In this document: positions 12,871 to 25,200 of the stretch, piece by piece | Layout of the letters: every line of letters begins with the position of its first letter | Position numbering within the stretch: position 1 is the first letter of the stretch | Source of the DNA: Phoronis australis | Taxonomy: Eukaryota; Animalia; Phoronida | Assembly (NCBI GenBank): GCA_002633005.1 | Contig: NMRA01000004.1 | Location: forward strand, 1,307,793 to 1,371,792 | DNA length: 64,000 nt | Direction of reading: 5' to 3' | Translations under genes and position numbers: made by a program | The notes under the pieces: generated by a model | What the model was told of the DNA's origin: nothing | The model's database searches: none | Seen by the model: only the letters and a program-made list of their open reading frames with translations

Positions 12871-13998
12871 ATAACAATACACGGACCCGCCCGCGTCGAC
12901 ACCCCACTTATAACTTTTCACACTCGCGACCGAGCTGACGCATTTTGATTTAAAAATAGATCGCAAACTCGTTCTTCCCGGCGTCGCCCGCGACTTGGTT
13001 TTCTTGTCAAGGAGTAAAAGTAAAATGTCATTGTCAAGTCACGAACAACTTGCATATATACTTGACTTTGACAAGACAAATGATAATGTAATGAAGTCGG
13101 AGAGATTCGTGCAATATAAGAATAACAAGTTTAAATCTTGAGTTCATATGGCATCTGTGCGACAGCTCAACTCACTCAGTTTTATCAGCCGGATAGTTGG
13201 ACTGCCTCCGACACCACCTCGCGAGTGTAAAATGTTACTAAGAGACTGGGTCGAATTTGCCGCGCGAGCAACGAAACAGCCGGCCAATGATGTTGCCGCT
13301 TCGATTTCAGTAGGGACTGGGCGATTTATACCAAAATCACACAACACAACATATTTTACTGTTTAGTATCTCTTCTAAAAGTTGAAAGCTTTAAAAAAAA
13401 CAGTCTTACCGAAACATTATACCTAACATGCGTTTTTTCTGCTGTTTGGAAAGGGAACTTGCGTCTGTCAATTGACTGAGATTTGTGTAAGTAGCCGAAA
13501 CACGGCACTCACGCCTCCAAGCAGTTTACACGCTATCTTTATCTGATATTAGTAAGATTACGTTGCTGTAAGAGATCTAATTACAGGACGTATTTAAAAT
13601 AAACTGCATGATGACGTTATAACATGACTTATGATGCTAGCGAGAGAAGTCGGGGGACGTTCCTTCGAGGTGAGGTTCTCGCGAAAACGCAAGAACACGC
13701 AAGACTTAACGAGATATCGCCATGCATTGCAAGCGCACTCGTGATCACACTAGCTTCCATAGCGATATTCTTGCGCCCACGAAACTCCATCCCGCTTTTA
13801 TCAAAGATGCTGACAACCGTCGAAAAATAACGTTTACTTGAGATCACTAGGCGTTATAAAATCGGTCCCAACTCAGTTGTTCTATGTGAAATCCTAGAAG
13901 AAGTAGATGAGCAGAAGGGATGGTTGAGATCAGGCAGCTCAGTAAGTTGACTTGTCACCGCTGGTCGTTTTTGCGCCAAGCAGTGAGGGAAGTATTAA

Positions 13999-16900
13999 GA
14001 GTGACTGACTCCATACAAAAACCAACAGGTAGAGTCTATACCCAAAATCACAAATTTTTTTGAAACTTAGCACATGAGTTTGGTTTGTTAAGATGTAGAA
14101 AAACCTCACTTTTTAAGAATTTTCATTTATTATTTTTCTTTTTATGACCTGTACCTCCATTTTGCAACAAAATTGGGCGTCGAAGTAGGCATGTTTGAAT
14201 GCATTTTACTAGCATGTATGGTACGGTCAAAACAAATGAATGATACGAATTGAAAGGGCAATGGCTGAATAATTTAATGGCATTACTTTCAAAATTTGTA
14301 CGTTTTGAATTTGTGAGGCAAAAACGGCTATTTTTCAGGTTTTCACTGAAGCCATTTTCGGCCAAATTTGGCACTCTGTAGCAGCCACAACGCACCTTTC
14401 CTGAAATTGACTTTATAATAATTTGTTCAGTCATTCCTAACCTGTTCATAATCTAAAATAAAAAATCTTGCCTCTAATGTAGTTTTTGCGTACGAAGCAT
14501 TACACGAACTGCACTCCGTCCTTTTGCATGTTCTCAGTTGCCTCTGCTACCAATAGGGGGATCTTGGAACATATAATTAGCTTGGGAAACACGACATAGA
14601 GAAAACCTTGTATTTTGGAGAAAAATCAGACAGCATTATTAATTAACGTTCTCTGAAAACGGCATTGATGATTATTGCTTATTACAAAAAATATGTACGT
14701 AAATCAACTGCCATGCGTGCTTCTAAATGATAGATGGCGCTGCTTTTGGTTACGTGGAGACTGAAGACGCATCTAGAATAAGAACAGTAACACGAGGACT
14801 TTGCTATAATTCAAGACTTCGCGAGATATTGCCATGCATTTTAAATGAGAACACATGGCTTTGGATGAATTTTAGAGAGGTTCTAGTGTTACTGAACTCA
14901 CCCCTGCCTTACTCTTGTTTTCTATCTGCCTTGTTCGTGCCACAGGCAAACTTGAGGAAGGCACCCAAGGTGGATATGGCCTCTAGTGTTCAGTGCAAAA
15001 AATCCTTCAACTTGTCAATAGTCATTGTAACTTTGGGTTCATATTGTAATGTCCCTGCTGGTTGCTACAAATTTTAGTCGCCACCAGTCGCCAGAAATCT
15101 GGTGTTCCCCCCCCCACACACACACCGGGCACCCTAACGCTGAATATTTCTGCCAGTGTGATCATCAGCGGGATAAAAAGGTACGGCACAGTCAATTGAA
15201 AATAATTCACGTGAAACAATTTTATTAATGACTCATTCATGACAGACATGAAGTAAACAGAAGAAACGGTCTCGACTTCATATATCACATATCTTTGACT
15301 GGTTGTTATGCTACAAAACAAGGCTAAACGTTGAGCTCATTTACCACTTCATTCAGTAAATCTGACGACATAACAGCATCTTCACCAGAAATAGCATCGA
15401 CATAAACATTGCTGCAGACAACCTCGAAAAAATCCACCAATCTGCGATTCACTTAACATCACAGGTAAACACTTTCCCAGTGGGTTCTCGTAATGTTTCC
15501 TACACGTCCGAGGGTGAACGTTTTTACCTGACTTATCTCCTTCATATGGTCGTCAGAAAGTTCTTAACCTTTACTGAAAACCTTGTTGACCTCTTACCTT
15601 TTTTCAATGCCTAACCTATTGCTTCAGCAATCGTCTCATCCAAATAGAACTCTGAGGCTGCCTCAAATGTCGCTCCGGTTCTTGCATCTGAAAGCATTTC
15701 TGACAACTGTCGTGCGATGTGGTCATACGTGGTTTCCCTCAATAAATGTTCAGTGTGGTTACCCACACCCAAATGCTGACCTAGTTCTGCGTCTGTAGCA
15801 AAAAATTTTGAGTAACCTTGCTGGGTACAAGGGAACTTTTGTTGAGGCTCATCACTAGATACAATGCCAACCTCAACTCTTGGTGTTGAAAATCCGCCAT
15901 GTGTAGAGATGTTAGTGTGTTTTAGAGAAATAGGTTTCCCATTTTCTCAGTATTTATAAGAATTTACCGTCACCTACATGGAATGATTTCTACACGCGAA
16001 TTCCTTGGGTGGAATATTGGGAATTTAGGAATGTTCTTATACCAGGAACTTAGTATTTTGGAAAAGACTTTGTTGCATTGACTGAACATGCATACACATA
16101 ACATCCCTTCACACGGCCACTGGAAAGTAATGCTTTTTTCAAATCCAGAAAGTTTATGATATTGTTACCTTCGGCTACAAAGTACTTCGCATGTTGTTTG
16201 AGTGGAGCGATCTTGCGATCACAGAGATCCTTTCCATTCTGACTTTCACTAAAGTCATATCTCGAAACAGAAATGCCAGTAGAATTTGACAAGGCTGCTA
16301 CGTTCAGGAGGAGAGGAGCAGAGTGGTAACATCCAGCATTACCTGACTCTTCCATGACTGGTCCTGTTCAGTCAGAAATTCACCGACTCTGGGTAGTACG
16401 AGTCCGTACTCTGGAACAGGCCTTGCTTTGTGAAGTAGTTTCTTGTATCTCAAATGTTCAGTGGTGTCTTTGACATGACTCACTAAAGCACACAGCTTTT
16501 GTGATTTTTTGAAGAATAAACTCTAAAGGAACATGAAGGCCCATCGACATCGTCCGCCATTTTGTCTTTTTAAAATGCACTTGCTTCTCTCAAAACCAGA
16601 CATTACAAATATCAATTCTTACTCGTTTAATCTTAAAGGCATTTATTTCCATTCAAAAGTTGTACAGAGTGTTTAAATTAACCTGATTATGTAAAAGAAA
16701 TGAAAGAATACGAGAGGATTACACGTACATTTTTTATAAATCCTCAAGCTTTAAACCTCAACTGACTTCCTCAGTGGGCAAAGGTCATCGGGTTCAGTTT
16801 TGATACTAGCCGCGTAATAAACCCAGAAAACATCTTGTTTTCATTTGAAAGACTTTAGACTTGGTTTCTATAACTATTTAAAGCAGACTTCTTGCCTAAA

Positions 16901-17486
16901 AGTTTGTTCAAATGGTTTGTAAACTCTGCTCGTCATTTCCAAACTATGAAAATAGACAGTTTTGCAAGACAATTTTCACTAAAGTGCAAAGTTGAGGCAA
17001 GATTTTTTATTGCTCAGTCATCAAGACTAACTCTTTAACTGTATGTTCAAAACGTCACATAAGGCTACAAGGTGTTTTATGGCAGTAAGAAGGTCACAAA
17101 AATGGCCACTAAAATTAGCCCCAAAAAGTGGTCTGTGGATTATCTCCCCTGTCTAGCATAAAACTGTTAGATTTTAATAAATGGCACAGAATTATGCACA
17201 GTATACGTTGGTTATTTCAGCCACCAAAATATAGCTTTTGATCTATTTTGTATGTTACTCATTTTTGTTGCTGAAAACATGCGATTTTTGAGACGGCTAA
17301 TATGCCCAATTGTGCCATTTTGTGTTATCATGCTCCAGCGGCGAAATTAGGGGTCATTGAGTGCACAAAATTTGGCATTTGGGTTTTTGTTAGGATACCT
17401 ACCCATGTACAAAAAATGAAGTTGTTTTAAATTTTGACGTATAGACTGATTTTTGAAAATCTACTGGTTTTTATATGGACTGCCTC
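13999..17486 (-). mobile_element. Sola3-like DNA transposon relic (long TIRs, TTAA TSD) with transposase fragments
   Basis: TTAA|GAG..TCCATACAAAAACCA left and TGGTTTTTATATGGACTGCCTC|TTAA right. TIR similarity extends ~480 bp (aataaaaaatcttgcctc at 14457 vs its reverse complement at 16994). Minus-strand peptides NAGCYH, YDFSESQNGKDLCDRKIAPLK, ELGQHLGVGNH and SQIGGFFSRL lie at 15400-16355. Confidence 0.75.
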
Positions 17487-18622
17487 TTAACACTATAAAC
17501 TTAATAATTTTCAAATTATTTTTCTAACCTCAGGAAAGAATACCATTTCTATAGTTAAAAAGGATCTATTCAAAAAGTTTGATTTTGAAGTAACCCAGGG
17601 TTTAAGCAGCTTTTATTTTTCAAGTGCATTTTAACATAACCCATGCCGCTCGTTTATTCTTCTATGCTATGCCGTATTACACATTTGGCGACTTTCAAAG
17701 TACCTCGCTGCGCTAAATAGTGGGGAAACCAAAGTCGCCAACTTCAAACTCGGACAAAATGAAATTAAACGCGGTGAACTTTTCCGTTAAAACAAACGAT
17801 AAATGAAATACACCAATAAGTGTCATCTGGAAATCTGTATGATTAGACTATTCAGTTCTTATAACACATCCAAGGATTTACCTTACAAATCAACAGACGT
17901 TTCCCAAAACAATGGTGTTGACTTTGCCATTCTCTTCTTCTTCATCGTCTTCATCTTCTTCTTCTTGAATGAAGATGACGATGAAGAAGAAAAAGAAGGA
18001 GGCAGTGTCAACACCAAGGCCTTCGAAAACGTCTGACAATCTTTAAGGTAAACCTTTGGATGTGGTACAAGAACTGAGTAGTCTGATCAGTGAAATAAAT
18101 TCGAGTCATTCTTTCATCATGACTGTGTGCAGGTGAGAACTCGCAAAGACGGCAGCAGTGCAAGATTCTCATCCCCATAATTGATTTTTACTCACTGAGT
18201 AGCTGTAAGTGATAACATTGCCAGAGTTTTCTAAAATTCGTTTTCGACCTTTATTAGCATATGGCATTTTAATTAAAAACGTTATCCTTGGGAATGTCGA
18301 GTTGTCAAACACAGGATGTAAGAGTAGAAAATATTTTTAATTAACGACGTCTTGGTGGCCATTAACCTCATTATAGGTATTAATATTAAGAAGACTTGTA
18401 AGCGAGAAGTAACAGTTTCCGCAGTCAGATCTTGGTCATAAATTATAACTAAATAATGTTAGAGGGACGGACATAAAACCGTGTAACGTCGAAGAAATTA
18501 ACTTTTGATTTAGACCACTAGGTGCCGCTACAAAATTGGTGTCAGCTTATTTTTATTCAGGTGAAAGGTGAATTTGAATTTTCGTCTTGCAAAAGCGCAA
18601 AAGCTTGCAGTTCATCATTTTA

Positions 18623-18881
18623 CATGCGTGCACCCAGCCTTCGATATGGGGGGCTCGAATTCCCGACGTTGTGGACCATTTGCTAATAAAAGAGCGGGCG
18701 GACTGAAAAAAAACAAAAAAAAAACAGGAGCACCTCTGTGAATTGTGACTTTGCGTTTATTTAGTGGACTTCTGTCCCATAATCTAGGACTTTTTGTCTC
18801 TCGAGGACGGACCTTTTTGCCCACTTCGCCAATTGGGGGGCTCGTTCGAGCCCCCCGAGCCCCCCCATGGGTGCGCGCATG
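18623..18881. mobile_element. Short MITE (hAT-like CA..TG ends)
   Basis: TIR CATGCGTGCACCCA / TGGGTGCGCGCATG with internal GGGGGCTCG / CGAGCCCCC subrepeats. TSD is degenerate. Confidence 0.6.
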
Positions 18882-21800
18882 CATTGCAGGATATTATATG
18901 TTCAGCGAATAAAAATGACACGGCGTAATAAGACAACTTGTGGACCGTGGTCTCAAGCCTAGAAATCTCATTTGTTTTGATCAACATGAAGGAACAAATA
19001 AGGCCAGTTTCATAAACGTACGTGGTTTAAACCAAAAGTTGTTTTTGTGACAGCAGGCCAGTAATTTGCCGATAACCAAGTAGCTACAGATGGAGGCAAT
19101 TGCGGCAAATATATTACCTACATTGCTTCATGTTCAAAAGATTACGCATTGTGTCGAACGTTGCGTTTTCCTCTTTAACAAAAAGCGCGTAGGCCTCAAT
19201 GCTTACTCTCAGGATAACCATGAACAGTTGACACCTACACTCTGTGACATGCGACACCCAAAATGGTCAATTTTTATTGGTATAGTAGTGAGCATGTTTG
19301 ATCCCCTTAAAACATTTTCCACAAGAGTGTATTCATAGGTTCTGTGAGACTGTGATACCCTACGACCATTTCTCGTAAAATTCATCGTGCTAAAAAATAT
19401 CGTATCTGAAAACAGCGTGTGAAACACTAAAATACCGTAACTCAAAGACGTAAGAAGCGGGAGGCAGGGCGGGCTTCCCCCTCTTCAGTGAAGTTGGCCT
19501 GGGGCACTAATTAAGTGCCCCCACAAAAACGACCACAGGGGCTGAGGTCAGTAAAACTGCATGATTGTTGGGTAGGGCGTTAACTGTCAGTGGATATGGA
19601 ATGGGCCGGGGAAAACTTGCTAGGCGGAGGTGTCGATTGGGGGTAGAAAGGGGGTAAAATTGATGTTAAGGGGTGGGAGCGGAAGGAGTGTCCCGCTAGC
19701 GGGGTTGGAAGAGGGGAAAAGGCTGGTGTCAACCTCAGGACGAAATTTGGTGGCCGGTGACTTACCAGCGAGGGAGGAGGCAGGCAAAACTGGTATCGAG
19801 GTTAAGGCTCACTCTTGTTTCGCCTAAGACATCTTTTACGATAGATGAGCAGAGCGAAATGCAGTTTTCAACTTTGTTCGATCATGTTAAATTAAGAGTC
19901 CCAATACTGATAGTGCTAATTGTGGAAATATCTTCTCAGATCTCGCGTGTTTAATCTTCCTAAATTGGAAGATAGTGCCTAATCCAATTGCGCTATCGGA
20001 GCAGTCACTGAAACTGATTCAATAAAGTGTGCATTTCGGCAATTTCCACGCTAGCGCTAAATTGCTAACTGATCTAGAACCTTGTGTTCGTTCTTTCTAC
20101 ATTAGAAGATAGATGGCGCTATTCCAAAATCGCATTTGCACTAATAGCCGATGTATTCTGAGAATTCTTGCCTTTAGTCTTTCTAAATTAGAAGACAATT
20201 CTATCTAGGGACACTTGTTTAATCTTTCTTAGCTTAATCCAATAGCGGCTACAGAGATGTCTAGAAAAATATTTCCTAAATGAGGATATTGTTGGATAGT
20301 TGGGATAACTGTACATTATTCCTGCACATTGATTGCCTGATCTCAGATTTGAGCTAGTACCGGGAATTTCACACGTTTCAAAAACGTCAAATGAAACCGA
20401 ATAATTTATACGCCTGGACATATTTTCGTAAAAGGAGGACGTATTTGCTGATGAAATAAATTCGTCTTTTTTAATACAGTATACGGTTGTGTCTCACTAT
20501 GGTAAGAATTATTCGTCCATACTTTTTTCGCGTTCAGCAAGCACAGTGCGTTAAAACTGTGCTAATGTATATATACGTTTCGTTACTTACAAAGTTATCG
20601 GATATAGTCACACCTCTTGCCAAAATAAACAAAATTCTACATCAAAACATATTATATATGTATTTTAGAACTATCTATCAGATTTTCAAAAATGCAAATA
20701 GTTACCAAAAAATACGCCCATGTGTGTATTTTGGTTGGGTCTATTTTCGGAAATTTCTGATATAAACCCACCTTCAGTCGGTCTGAAAATTTTGGATTTT
20801 ACCCCTTACCGGTACAAAAATGCGCTCAAGTTAATTGTTCCTTGCTCAAAATAGGTGTTATTTCAAGGCTTGGAAAGAATTGAAATCTCCTTATTCGACT
20901 GAGACTAAGTTATACAAGTTCCGTGAATTGTCACGACGTGCCATTTTTTCACGACCGCTAGTTTGTAGTCACATTGGGCACGCCCCATCGAACGCCGGGG
21001 AACAAATAATCAGTTCATCTCTGCAAAACCAAAATACATCTTTCATTTTAAGAAAGAACATGTTCAAACTAATTCTACATTGGTGTTTTTTAAGTGGTCT
21101 GAGTAAAACCTTATTTCCAGTCAGTCCTGCGGCACGTCACTGCCAGTTCACGGTCCGCCCGCCCGGCGTGGTTGCCGCTTCACTCAGTGTCAAGCCTTAG
21201 GGAGCCCCGTCTCTAGCAGTCTCCTGCACAGACCCTCTAGATTACTGTAGTTCACACCAATGAGCTTTATGTATCTCATTGGTTCACTCGCGAGATCGAG
21301 CCTACAGTTAAAAACATTTGTGCAGTTTATGCAAACACATGGACTGAGCTCAGTCCCTGCAATAAGTAGGCCTACTGACAGGCCTGCCGTCGGATTCATC
21401 GTACTGCTAATATTTTAATCTTAATTGTATATAGTATTTTGAATATTTTTTTATTTCATGTTTATTTATGTTACAACTTATGTATTTATTTGTCGGTCTA
21501 CTAGCCTGTGCCTAATGTTTTCTCGTTTTAATTGAACCGGCTATAAATAAATTCAGTTGACTCAAGTTGTCTCAGCTTGACGCTATAGGTGATGTCAGAG
21601 TGCGAACCAATTTAGGTCTCTTAGTTGGTCAGTGTGTCCAGGTCACGATTTCCTTCCTCAAAAACCTCACAAACGCTCTCAGCAAAGACGTTCTTCTCGC
21701 ATGAATATGGGAAATTCTTCTAGTATTTCGTGTTGACTTGTGCATCGCTGTTCTGTTCACTAACGCGTCGAACAGCGGATTTTGGAAAAATTTATGCGCT

Positions 21801-22019
21801 TCTAGCGGCAAGTTGTTGAACCAATTCCTATGGCGCGAATCATCAACCGGATTTGATAACGTTGTCACAGTTCAAGCTTTCAAAAACATCACAAAATGAC
21901 TTATTGATTGGATCCCGTGTTGATCCTAACAAATTTAGCTTGATGAGCCTTTGCAAAATTTAACTTTTCATTTACTTTCTTTATTTTTATCGTTTAAGTC
22001 GAGTCAACAAATGGCACAT

Positions 22020-22251
22020 CGTAGATGTACCACAGAATCTGATTGGCTAAATTAAACATTACTTTACAGTCTTCCTCCTTCTAGGCGAATAGCAGTTCAC
22101 CAATTGTTTGACATGTCGGCGAAAGAAGATCACGATTACTGCGCGACTCACATGGACGACAAACGACGGTGATCACATTCAGTTTAATATTTTTGATTTA
22201 TTTTGAAGCAACATATTTTTGAAAAGCAACGGTCCATACCTCTTTGACACA
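22020..22251 (+). promoter_or_regulatory. Probable KPNB1 promoter / 5' UTR
   Basis: Reverse CCAAT box ctgATTGGct at 22042-22046 and a CpG-richer stretch directly upstream of the KPNB1 ATG. Confidence 0.4.
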
Positions 22252-22291
22252 ATGGAGCTCGTGAATGTTTTGGAAATGACGGTTTCTACCG
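22252..22291 (+). CDS. KPNB1: KPNB1 exon 1 ([13 protein letters not shown])
   Basis: Resembles human MELITILEKTVSP; donor G|gtaag. Confidence 0.9.
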
Positions 22292-25200
22292 GTAAGAACA
22301 ATCATTTGTCCGCGACGGGGGTTCATTTATTTATAAGTCACCGCCTGGGTGAAACGTCCATTTTCAAATCCAAATCCAGTCAGCAGGCAATATTTGATTA
22401 GTTGCTGCATCATTACCATTCTTATTTTCCCCTGCGTGTTAAATGATATAGTAATCCGTTTCAGCGGCTTGTGATTTTGAGAATCGGTCATTCATAATTG
22501 ACCATTAGTTCGTACGTAGTTGTATGTAGATGAAATAAATGTCAAAATCAGGAGAAGCTATGCAGAGTTCACGGCGCTCGGATATAATGGACCCTAACTT
22601 ATTCCAAATAAATTCACTAAATGTTGGTCTAAGTCAATGATTTTGGTACTGTTGCATTCCTCAGACATCTGGCTACCCGTACAAATCCTTTTCACGACCC
22701 TCAATTACTCTAGTCTATAACTACGCCATTCCGAACTTGGTCCACTTTAGCCACGCGCATCGTGAAATCAGCAGCCATTTCAAGGAACTTACTACATCTA
22801 GCGCCATCAATCGGCGATTTGCTACAACATGCGCTCTTCCTTTTTCATCAGTCAACATGGACAATGATAACAAACCGATGACAGATACGATCGTGAGAGA
22901 GACGACGAAGGTGATGACGAGAGCAGACGTAACGATGATGTTAATAATTGAAGAAATCCACCAATGATGTTGACTGATGAAAAAGGAACAGCGCGTATTG
23001 TAGCAAATCTACGATAAATGGCGCTAGATATAGTAAGTTCCCTGAAATGACTGCCAATTTCACGATGCGCGTGGCTAAAGTGGACCGAGTTCGGAATAGC
23101 GTAGTTATAGACTAGAGTAATTGAGGGTAATGGGAAAAGATTTGCACGGATAGCCAGATGTCTGAGGAATGCAACGATACCAAAATCATTCATTTAGACC
23201 TACATTTAGTGGATTTATTTGGAATAAGTTAGGGTCCATTATATCCGACTAGTGCCGTGATCACTGTCTCTAGCTGGCTCAGTAGAGACGGTATAGGGGC
23301 TTCATACGCTGGAAGCTTTTCAGCAAATTATGCCTCACGCTGACTAAAACATCAAAGTCATGGGTTATTGTTTACAATCCGACTGTATTAACGTACTAGG
23401 CAATTACATCGTCCTGGATGCGGCAGGCATACAGGTGCGATAGTACATCCCATAAAAAGTTACGCATTTCAAAATATAGCAAGTAAAATCGAACGAAACA
23501 TGCATAAATGCACATGAAGTTATAATTAACACATACCATGACTCTGAATACAATTTAGTCAACATAAACTTGAACATGTCCATGAAAATCTGTTGCGCTT
23601 CTCTTGAGTTTCTCCAACGGGGTGCCATTTTGAGGAAGTTAGGTGAAATCACGCCTGTTAACGAACAAAAGGTGCAAGGGATACAAAACTCACAAATTCC
23701 TCCTGATTTCATCCCATGCTATTTTGTAAGTGTCACGCGCCAGGTCCCGCGCTTCACTCAGTCTCGCGCTAGCCTTAGCCTAACTCAAATGACTCAGTTG
23801 AAATATTTTGTGGTTATCACGTGCGCTGTGAAAAAGTTAACGGTGGCCGAAAAGTGGAGTTGGAATTCTTCTCCAAAGTCACCTCTAGTATATATGCTTC
23901 ATAGAAGATATATGTAGTAGCAGAAAGGATTGCTGAAGAAAGTAAGCTCATTTTTAAGTGATAGTTTTGAGTGTAGAATGTGTTTTTGACGAGGTGAAAA
24001 TTCTAAATCAGTGGCTGGATTTGGCCTACCGCCCGTTTAAAATACACAAGACGAAATGCGTGCAGAAGGTATTGTAGCCGCTAACCGGCCAACCGAGGGG
24101 CTATGTGTTGCCTATTAAGGTACATACTTGATACTACTATTTTCTGCATCCTCTAGTCACGGTGATTCCAAGAATGTATTACTTGTACTAGTCACAGGTG
24201 TCCTCAGCTTCTGACTGTCCCCAATACACTATATATAGTTACAAGGTACGACACCCTGGACTAGCAATTCCACGGGTGCTTCACTTCAGCCATCCATAGC
24301 AAATACAAAACTCAATAAATTTACACAAAACGTGTTCAACAAACCATGAGGAATTGTTCTTTCTCCCAATACCATTTACGGTGTCCTGCTTCACCGAGTT
24401 CACAACAAATTCATGGTCAAAGGAAAAAAATCTCCCCAAAAAGTTGCTGCGTACTGTTAATATGCCGCACGGAAATTGCTGGTTTGTCACGGAAGGCCAC
24501 GACAACAATAACTCCACCCTTCATAACCTTCTGTGATGAATCGGCAATTGCCGTCCATTCATAACTAATCGGATTAGTCCGTACCCTACTTGACCTTGAC
24601 TCGACTCACGTGAAGCATATTGTTTATCACAGTGAGACTCGCTTTGGATTTTAATGTCTGCCGTTTGGATGAGGTCTATACTAGCCAGTCTTGGGGTCTT
24701 CTGTCACACGTGTGATCATTGTAGTTATCATTCCTGCCAAGAGATGTCGCAGTTTTATAATGCAGGGATATACCCAGGTTTCAAAATCCCGCTCGCCAGC
24801 TGGGCGAGTGAGCCAGAAAATCTAATCGCTCAGCCCAAAGTTCAGTCACCCGGCCGTTTTGTGTCGGTCACCACAAACTTGCTGCCAATGTCAATAAAAA
24901 TAATCATTTCGTGCATTGACGTCACCATCTATTAGGGCTAGTATTGTTTTTAGAAAATGCAGAATTCCTACCAAGAAAATTTCGACGTCGATGAATTCCC
25001 AGCAACGCAAGACATAGTCTTGATATGCGCCGATATGGGACAAAGACTGACCAGATAAAACATGACACAAAATTAGTGTCTTTAAAAACTGCACTCTTCC
25101 TTGAGTACACTAACTATTGTTGGAAAAATTGGTGTTCTCACCATTATTTTGCTGATAAAATTGCGGCACTCTCTTTGCGTCGGCTTTCGATGCCAAGAAA

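Noticed and set aside
19440-19960. G-rich segment with hairpin GGGGCACT/AGTGCCCC
   Set aside because: May be a decayed LINE ORF1 or 5' fragment on the minus strand, but all frames I read are broken and no motif supports a call.
24532-24708. TGTGA...TCACA segment resembling a solo LTR
   Set aside because: No TSD and no second copy in the window.
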